DNA of 64,000 nucleotides, taken from positions 649 through 64,648 of the forward strand of contig JBGCEL010000037.1 in the NCBI GenBank assembly GCA_045106455.1, given 5' to 3'. The position numbers and the translations under genes were made by a program. Shown one piece after another: positions 9,841 through 18,092 of the stretch. Each line of letters begins with the position of its first letter. Positions within the stretch are counted from its first letter, which is position 1. The notes under the pieces were generated by a model. The model saw nothing but the letters and a program-made list of their open reading frames with translations. It made no database searches and had not been told where the DNA came from. The stretch comes from Gammaproteobacteria bacterium (lineage in GTDB: Bacteria > Pseudomonadota > Gammaproteobacteria > Steroidobacterales > JBCCMA01).

Positions 9841-10250
9841 TTCCCGACTACCCAGGTCCAGAGATCTTCCTAAAAATGCGGTTTCATGATTTCGATCTCA
9901 AGATTGCCCACAGCGTTGGGCATGATGTGATAACAACAAGGGTATCCTCTGCGATCTGCACCCACTCGTAAGTGGGATCATCACAACGCTTGCGTATGGG
10001 AATTAGACACGAGAGACGTGGAAAGCATAGCGACCGCGCCATCAGCGTCGTCTATGACTTGGTCATTGAAAGCTCCCGAAAAAATCGATAACGGAAGTCT
10101 GGAGAACAGTATCTTAGTCGGGAAGAACGCCGTTTATGGGGCGCTTACCCAGTCGTCGCTCCCGTATTGAGCGTAATAACCGCTGGGCGCAAATTCAAGC
10201 AGCCGGCACATCATCCGACCGCTTTGTTCTCCCTGTTTCGATTTGCCCAT
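9841..10250 (-). mobile_element. degenerate IS3-family transposase (orfB) fragment
   Basis: Minus-strand translation from 10250 gives MGKSKQGEQSGRMMCRLLEFAPSGYYAQ, matching the IS3 OrfB N-terminal HTH pattern (CRxLxVSRSGYYxW), then a stop. In shifted frames: VVITSCPT (compare DITYIPT, 9914-9934) and LDLGSRE (compare LDLFSRK at the start of the rve core, 9841-9861). There are several stops and frameshifts, and the rest of the DDE core is absent. Confidence 0.45.
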
Positions 10251-10284
10251 AAAAAAGGCCGCGCCTCCCAAAGGAGACGCGGCC
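10250..10284 (-). terminator. rho-independent terminator of the giant adhesin gene
   Basis: GC-rich hairpin ggccgcgcctcc (10257-10268), loop caaa, ggagacgcggcc (10273-10284), with one mismatch. On the minus strand it is followed by TTTTTT (10251-10256). It lies 22 nt after the stop codon at 10306-10308. Confidence 0.75.
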
Positions 10285-10305
10285 TTACCTTAGATCAACG
10301 ACTGA

Positions 10306-13300
10306 TTAGTCGCAGTGCAACTGCACGTTGATGTCGCCGTTGCCGCTGTGGGCAATGCAATCACCGTAGTAGTGGCAATCGTGCGGCTGACCGGACGTCT
10401 GCCAGTCAAACCAACCCGAACCACCGTAGATGTGCTGTTCGCCATCATGCGCGTTGGCACCGGTTCCAATCTGGAATGAGGCACCGCGACGAGTGATAGA
10501 CACATGCGCACCGGTATTCCAGTCAGCACCGGTCAACGAGCCTTCCCAGTTCGGGTAGTACTGCCAATCCGCAGGATCGGCACCGTACGGATTGTACGGG
10601 CTACCCGGAGGAGGGTTGTCGGTGCGACCGGACATGGTCACGTTGATATCGAACGCGTAGCTCGGCTCATGCTGCTTGCGAATCCGACCCGACAGTACGG
10701 CGTTGCCGTTACCGTCTTGCACGAAGGTCGCGCCTGGGTCGAGGTCGTACAGGTCCAGTACACCGTCAGAGTTGAAGTTCGGCAGGTAGAACGCATGTTT
10801 GTGCGTTTCATCCGCTTCACAGCTCTGTGGTGCATGGGGATCGACAGGCTCGCATTTTTTCTCAATGCGTACGTTGTCCACCATGAACTTGTCCCAGACG
10901 GCACCGAAGTTGTGCGAGATCTGGAATGAGATCACCGTTTGATCCGAGATAAACGCCGAGATGTCATACATCTCAGAGCTGCCATTCTCCTGACCGTGCA
11001 CACCCGTGAAGGTGTCCAGCAGATGCCAGTTATGGCCACCATCGGACGAGATCCACAAAGACGCCGTATCGTGGCCGTTCGCTTCAAGCGAGATCGACCA
11101 ATCAAACGACAGCATGGCAGCATTGTGACCCGTCAGATTTACCTCACGGCGAATTTCAGGATGGGTGCCGCTGTTTGGATAGTCGGACATGACCAGCATG
11201 TCGTTCTCAATCCGCACCACGCCACCGTGCGCGCCGCCACCCGAAGGATCGTGCTCGTCCCAGTCGCCACTCCAGTTCATCGAACCGTCGTTGTTGCCGT
11301 AAGACACATGCGAGAAGTGGTCGGCCACGTCACCTGGGGTGCAGGCTTCACACTTCTTGTCGATACGCACGTTGTCCACCATGAACTTGTCCCAGCTGCC
11401 GCCAAACTTGTTGGCGATGCGGAATCGGATCTCGGTGTGTGCGTCGATGAATTGCGAGATGTCGAACATCGCCGCGCCACCGTTGCCGTTCTGGCTGTTG
11501 CCCTCGTAGCGTGCCAACTCCGTCCAGCCCGTCGTGCTGTTACGCACTTCAATGACGGCCTGATCGCTGTGATCCGCTTCATGGGAAATCGACCAGTCAA
11601 ACATGAGCATCGCAGCGTTGAAGCCGGTCAGATCCACTTTACGGCGGATCGACGGATCGGTGCCGCTGTTGGGGTAGTCCGCCATGACCAGCATGCCGTT
11701 CTCAATCCGGACCGAACCGCTCTGGGCGCCGCCGCCCTGCGAGTCATGTTCGTCCCAGTTTGAAGACCAGTTCATGTCGCCATCGTTGTTGCCGTAGGAC
11801 ACCTGATCAAAGTTGTCCGCAACAAACTTGTCGACGCAAGCGGCTGGCTCACCAAAGTAGTGACTTGGATCATCAGCATCGACCGGATCGCCCACAGGCT
11901 CTCCACCGTCAACCGGCTGACCCGTCACACTACCGAGGTTGGCGTACTGTCCGGCCGTGGCCGTACCGCTGCCCGTGCAGGTAAACGACGCGCCCGGAGC
12001 GAGCGAATCGGCAGGGCAGGAGACCGCCACACCCTGATCGTCGGTGACCACAACATCGTTAAGCGTCAGCTCGCCGGTGTTGGTGACAACGTACGTCCAG
12101 TTCACCGCATCGCCCACGATAATGGTCGGTCCGGTTGGCGTGTCGGCATCTTCGCCGTTGGTGGCTTTCTCGATGTCGATGGAGGCGTTCAACATGATCA
12201 CACCAGCGTCGATGGTCGGGTTGAATTCACCCGAAGCCAGCGTTACTGGAGCGGTGATGCCCGTATTCACATCGGGGTTCGAATCCACGGTCGTGTCGCC
12301 ACCAGCAGTCTGCGTGGTGAACGGCTTGCCCGGAATGGCTTCGAACTGAACGATGTAAATGGTCAACGCGTTCAGGTTGTTGAACATGTACATGCCGTTG
12401 GCATCGGTGGTGGTCGTCGCAATTTGGGTGTCGGGGGTACCGTCACCGTCGTTGTCCGTCCACAAATTCACCACAGCACCCGGCACACCCGGCTCGCCAG
12501 CATCCTGGATGCCGTCACGATCCTGGTCAATCCAGACGAAGTCGCCCAGTTTGGCCGGCAGGTTCACAAGACCCGCATCGATGGTGGGGTTGTTTTCACC
12601 CGAAGCGAGGTTGATCGGACCGGTGATACCACCGGCGCCTGCATCGCTGTCGCTGGCATCATCACCCACGTTCGGCGTCGTGAACGGCATGTTCATGGCC
12701 GGATCGTTGATGAACTGCACCACGTAGGTCAGGGCAGGGTCCAGGTTGGTGAAACCGTACATGCCGTTGGCATCGGTCATCGTGGAGTTGATCTGGGTGT
12801 CGGGCGAACCGTCACCGTTATCGTCCGTCCACAGATTCACCGTGATACCGCCAACACCTGGCTCACCAGCGTCTTGCTGACCGTCAGCGTCAAGGTCTTT
12901 AAAGACTTTGTCGCCAAGGCTCGCCAACTGATTCACAAGGCCCGCATCGATGGTCGAATTATTCTCACCAGAGGCAAGCGTAATCGGACCGGTGATGCCA
13001 CTGGCACCTGCGTCACTGTCGGTAGCATCGTCGCCAACGTTCGGCGTGGTGAACGGCATGTTCATCGCCGGATCGTTCACAAACTGCACAACGTAGGTCA
13101 GCGTCGGATCAAGATCCGAGAAGCCGTACATGCCGTTGCCGTCGGTGGTGGTCGTGGCGATCTGAGTGTCGGGGGTACCGTCACCGTCATCGTCCGTCCA
13201 CAGGTTCACGGTGATACCCGCAATGCCAGGCTCGTCCGCATCCTGCTGACCGTCAGCGTCGAGGTCTTTGAAGACCTTGTCGCCAAGCGAAGCAGGGAGA

Positions 13301-16300
13301 TTTACCAAACCAGCATCGATGGTCGGATTGTTCTCACCAGAGGCAAGCGTAATCGGACCGGTGATGCCACCGTCGCCGGCGTCGCTGTCGGTCGCGTCGT
13401 CGCCAACGTTCGGCGTGGTGAACGGCATGTTCATGGCCGGATCGTTCACAAACTGCACCACGTAGGTGAGGGTGGGATCCAGGTTCGAGAAGCCGTACAT
13501 ACCGTTGCCGTCGGTCGTGGTCGTGTTGATTTGAGTGTCGGGGGTACCGTCACCGTCATCGTCCGTCCACAGGTTCACGGTGATACCGGGAACACCTGGC
13601 TCATCGGCGTCTTGCTGACCGTCCGCGTCGAGATCTTTAAAGACCTTGTCGCCGAGGCTCGCCGTCTGATTGACGAGGCCTGCATCGATGGTCGGATTGT
13701 TCTCGCCAGAGGCAAGGTTAATCGGACCGGTGATGCCACTGGCACCTGCGTCACTGTCGGTCGCGTCGTCGCCAACGTTGGGCTGCGTGAACGGCATGTT
13801 CATCGCCGGATCGTTCACAAACTGCACAACGTAGGTCAGCGTCGGATCGAGATCCGAGAAGCCGTACATGCCGTTGCCGTCAGTGGTGGTCGTGGCGATT
13901 TGGGTGTCAGGCGTACCGTCACCGTCATCGTCCGTCCACAGGTTCACAACGATACCTGGCACGCCAGGCTCATCCGCATCCTGCTGGCCGTCAGCGTCGA
14001 GATCTTTAAAGACCTTGTCGCCAAGCGAAGCAGGGAGATTTACCAAACCAGCATCAATCGTTGGGTTGTTCTCGCCAGAGGCAAGCGTAATCGGACCCGT
14101 GATGCCACCGTCGCCCGCGTCGCTGTCCGTGGCGTCGTCGCCAACGTTCGGCGTGGTGAACGGCATGTTCATCGCCGGATCGTTCACAAACTGCACCACG
14201 TAGGTAAGCGTTGGATCAAGATCCGAAAACGCGTACATACCATTGCCGTCGGTGGTGGTCGTGGCGATTTGCGTGTCGGGGCTACCGTCACCATCGTCAT
14301 CGGTCCACAGGTTCACGGTGATACCGGGAACACCAGGCTCGTCGGCATCTTGCTGACCGTCTGCGTCGAGGTCTTTAAAGACCTTATCGCCGAGACTCGC
14401 ACCCACGTTCACAAGGCCCGCATCAATCGTCGGATTGTTCTCACCGGAGGCAAGGTTAATCGGACCGGTGATGCCACCGTCGCCGGCGTCGCTGTCGGTC
14501 GCGTCGTCGCCAACGTTTGGCGTGGTGAACGGCATGTTCATCGCCGGATCATTCACAAACTGCACAACGTAGGTCAGCGTCGGATCAAGATCCGTAAAGC
14601 CGTACATACCGTTGCCGTCAGTGATGGTCGTATCAATTTGGGTGTCGGGCGTGCCGTCACCGTCGTCGTCGGTCCACAGATTCACCGTGATACCGGGGAC
14701 ACCCGGCTCGTTGGCATCCTGTTGGCCATCGCCATTGAGGTCTTTAAAGACCTTGTCGCCAAGCGAGGCGGGCAGGTTCACGATACCGGCGTCAATGGTC
14801 GGATCGTTTTCACCTGGATCAAGATCGATCGGACCGGTGATGCCATCGTCGCCCGCGTCGCTGTCGCTGGCATCGTTGCCAACGTTCGGCGTCGTGAACG
14901 GCATGTTCATCGCAGGGTCGTTCACGAACTGCACGACGTAGGTCAGGGCAGGGTCCAGATCGGTGAAGGCATACATGCCGTCGCCGTCGGTCGTGGTGGT
15001 GCCGATTTGGGTGTCGGGGCTGCCGTCACCGTTGTCGTCGGTCCACAGGTTCACAACGATACCTGGCACGCCAGGCTCATCCGCATCCTGCTGGCCGTCA
15101 GCGTCGAGGTCTTTAAAGACCTTGTCGCCAAGGCTTGCACGCGCTTGAGGTTCGCCAATGTAGTGCGACGGATCGTCGTCACCAACAGGATCGCCAATAG
15201 GATCGCCCGCGGGATTTACGCCCTGGCCGGTGACGGTGCCGAGGTTGGCATACTGACCAACTTCTGCGCTGCCGCTGCCCGTGCAGGTGAACGTCGCGCC
15301 CGGTGCGAGTGTGTCGCTTGGGCAAGAGACCGTGACGCCCTGATCGTCGGTGACAACCAGATCGACCAGCGTGATGTTACCGGTGTTGGTCACCACGTAA
15401 GTCCAGTTGACGTCGTCGCCTTCGGTCAGCGTAGGACCGGTAGGCGTATCGGCATCTTCACCGTTGGTGGCTTTTTCGATGTCCACTGAAGGATCGGCGC
15501 CAAAGTAATGGCTTGGATCGGCATCGGTGACAGGATCGCCAACCGGATTGCCGTCGCCGTCTACACCTTGGCCAACGACGGAAGAATCATTGGCGTACTG
15601 ACCTGCTGTCGCCGTGCCCGTTGCCGTGCATGTAAACGAAGCACCAGGCGCAAGCGTCGTAGCTGGGCAAGACACCGTGATGCTGTCATCGCTGTCGGAC
15701 ACAACAATGTCGTTGAGCGTCGTTGAACCGGTGTTGGTGACCACGTAGGTCCACGTCACCGTGCCGCCGACAGGCACAAATGGCCCTGTTGGCAGATCCG
15801 CATCGGCGCCATTGGTGGCTTTTTCGATGTCGATGCCAGAAGACGTGCCGAAGTAATGGGAAGGATCGGTCGCCGTGACCGGATCGCCAACAGGTGGCGT
15901 GCCAGAGACCGAACCGAGGTTCGCGTATTGGCCAGCGATCGCCGTACCCGAGCCCGTGCAAGTCATCGAGACACCTGGATCCAGCGTCATGCTGGGGCAG
16001 GTGACCGTGACGCCCTGATCGTCTGTCACGAACACATCGGTCAACGTAACGTTACCCGTGTTCACGACAAAGTAGGTCCAGTTGACCGTGCTACCAGCGG
16101 GTACTTCAGGACCCGTAGGCGTATCGGCATCTTCGCCGTTGGTCGCTTTTTCCAAAGAAATTCCGGGGGCAGAACCGAAGTAGTGGCTCAAGTCTTTGTC
16201 GCAACGCAGACCACCGTCGGGAGAACCCGCGGCGCCACAGGCATACACTTCGTTCATGTACTGACCGGCCTGTGCATCGTTGCTGCTACCGGTACAGGTG

Positions 16301-17697
16301 ATGGTCTCGCCTTCGGCAAGATTTTCCTGCGGGCAGGTAATGCTCACGCCCTGATCGTCAACGACGCGCAGGTCAAACAAGTCGCCAGAGCCTGTGTTGG
16401 TGAGGATGTATTCCCACAACACGTCGCCGCCCACCTCAATGAACGGGCCCGGTGCGTTATCGGCATCAAAACCGTTGGTGAGTTTCTCAGCATCGATGCG
16501 CGGGATGCCGTCATTGCGTGCCGCGACATCGATGTCGACGCGTTGTCCGCCGGACACCACGTCAAACGCGGGCGTCACGCCCAGTCCGTTCGCATCGCTG
16601 TCGAGTTCTGAATCCGGGCTCACACCGGCCTGGCCAAAAAAGTAGCCATCGGGCAGTGCGAACTGCAGACGATAGCGACCGGGCGCCACGTCTTGAAATT
16701 CGTAGTAACCGTCGTTGTCACTGACTTCTGAGCGACCCGTTGGGGTAGAGGCGGCATCTAGCAACACCACCTGAACGCCGGGAAGGCCACGCTCACTGAC
16801 ACCCTGAATGTGATCGCCGTCGGCGTCCACCCAGATCCAGTCACCAATGCTGCCGTTGCGATAAACGCCGGCGTCGATGCCAAACAAACCCTGATCTGGG
16901 CCAATCATGCCGGCTTGCGCCATGCCCGTCAGAGGGTCAACGTCGCTGTCAAAGTCATCCACCGTGCGATCTGCAGCGCTGAAGGCGTAGCCGTTCGGCA
17001 GAATGACTTTTACGGCATAGCAAGCCGGAGCAATATCTTCGAAGACGAAGAAACCGCTGTCATTCGTGCGCGTGTTGCGCGCGCGACCGGCGTCGTCGAC
17101 GATCGCTTCACCACTGCATGAATGCAGCGAAACTTTTACTTTGTGAAGACCTGGTTCGCCGACATCCTGAATGCCGTTTGCGTTAACGTCTTCCCAAACA
17201 CGGTCGCCAATTTGCGACTCGTCGAGCGCCACGATGCCAGCATCGAGCTGGGAGGCGCCTTGATTGAGTCCAAGCTCGATAGCGCCCGTGAGCCCTGTCG
17301 AGGGATCAGCGTTACTGTCGCGCGTGACATCATTACCGAGGTTGGCGGGGCAGTAGCGAAAGCCGTCCATCGCTGCGTAACGCAGTCGATAGCAGCCGGC
17401 GGCCAGCCCATTAAATTTGAATTGCCCCTTGGCGTCCGTGGCTTGTGCCCGAACGAAATTCCCGGCGCAATCGAGCAGGCTGACGGTAACGCCAGGCATA
17501 CCCACTTCACTTTTGTCGCGAATCGCATCGCGATTCGTGTCCAGCCACACCATGCTTTCGATGTACCCACCGTTAGCTAGCGGGCTTTGCCCGGGACCAT
17601 TGGCAATTGCCACCGGCCCGGCGCTGAACGCCACAAAAGACAGACATAAGAAAACCGCTGCGGCCATCCGGCCCACAGCGCGACGTGTTGTGCTCAT
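10306..17697 (-). CDS. giant secreted adhesin-like protein with SdrD-B-like and DUF11-like Ig-fold repeats
   Basis: One uninterrupted ORF. The track starts at GTG 17706; ATG at 17695-17697 with GGAGG 8 nt upstream is preferred. Signal peptide [31 protein letters not shown]. Three SdrD-B-like domains (e.g. [21 protein letters not shown]). Four DUF11-like units ([37 protein letters not shown].CP). Eight tandem 123-aa SdrD-B-like units, then a fifth DUF11-like unit, two ~165-aa unassigned domains and a 181-aa unassigned C-terminus. Family names come from motif memory and are not HMM-verified. Confidence 0.9.
   Translation of the reverse strand: [2463 protein letters not shown]
12187..15138 (-). 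repeat. 8 x 369-bp in-frame tandem repeat array (123-aa SdrD-B-like units)
   Basis: Unit consensus: [118 protein letters not shown]... Seven near-identical copies span 12556-15138 and one diverged copy spans 12187-12555. Boundaries were fixed on codons A857 (15136-15138) and N1840 (12187-12189). Confidence 0.95.
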
Positions 17698-18092
17698 AAG
17701 CACCACCTCCGGTTTATGATGTCAGACTGTGCTCTTGGAAAAGCTTATTTCGTCCGACGTTTATCGTTATAGCTCGTGGTGCATTGTTTCTTGGCAATGC
17801 AGGGCACACGGTACGTTAAAACGGCGAGCAAGGCCATGTAAGGCATACACTGAGTTTGTAAAGCAATGTGAAATGAGATTACGAACTTTTTCGTTCTGGG
17901 CCTCACATAATTCACTAAGTGCCACAAAAAAACGGAAAATTTTCGTGTTGCATAGCGTCAGGCTGTGATTTTTTGCTTATAATCTGATCACCGCAGCGGG
18001 CTCCCAATTGCAGCACGCCTGTTGCGGTCGCAGGTTTTCAAGAAAGATCGGCGTACCAAAACAACTAGAACGAAAAAAAGCAGACAATCAAC

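Noticed and set aside
12187-15138. Tandem repeats considered as a CRISPR array or satellite
   Set aside because: The units are 369 bp, directly abutting with no unique spacers, and in frame within one ORF. They encode a folded Ig-like domain. No cas genes are present in the window.
11860-15489. 1209-aa plus-strand ORF (and neighbours 10939-11763, 15856-16611, 12044-14941 fragments) opposite the giant adhesin gene
   Set aside because: These are mirror images of the minus-strand coding repeats. They have the same 369-bp periodicity, an Arg/Val/His/Gly low-complexity product (..RVVANVRRGERHVHRRIVHKLH..), no SD or signal, and no domain logic. The minus-strand product has coherent, recognisable domains. 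Long antisense ORFs are expected in GC-rich, Asp/Gly/Thr-rich genes.
17729-17968. 79-aa and 60-aa ORFs in the adhesin/EPS intergenic region
   Set aside because: They overlap each other on opposite strands in a low-GC promoter region. They have no SD, and their composition is typical of random AT-rich ORFs.
17984-18092. Search for an ops/JUMPstart (RfaH) element in the EPS operon leader
   Set aside because: No GGCGGTAG-type sequence is present. The closest string (ccgcagcggg) does not match.
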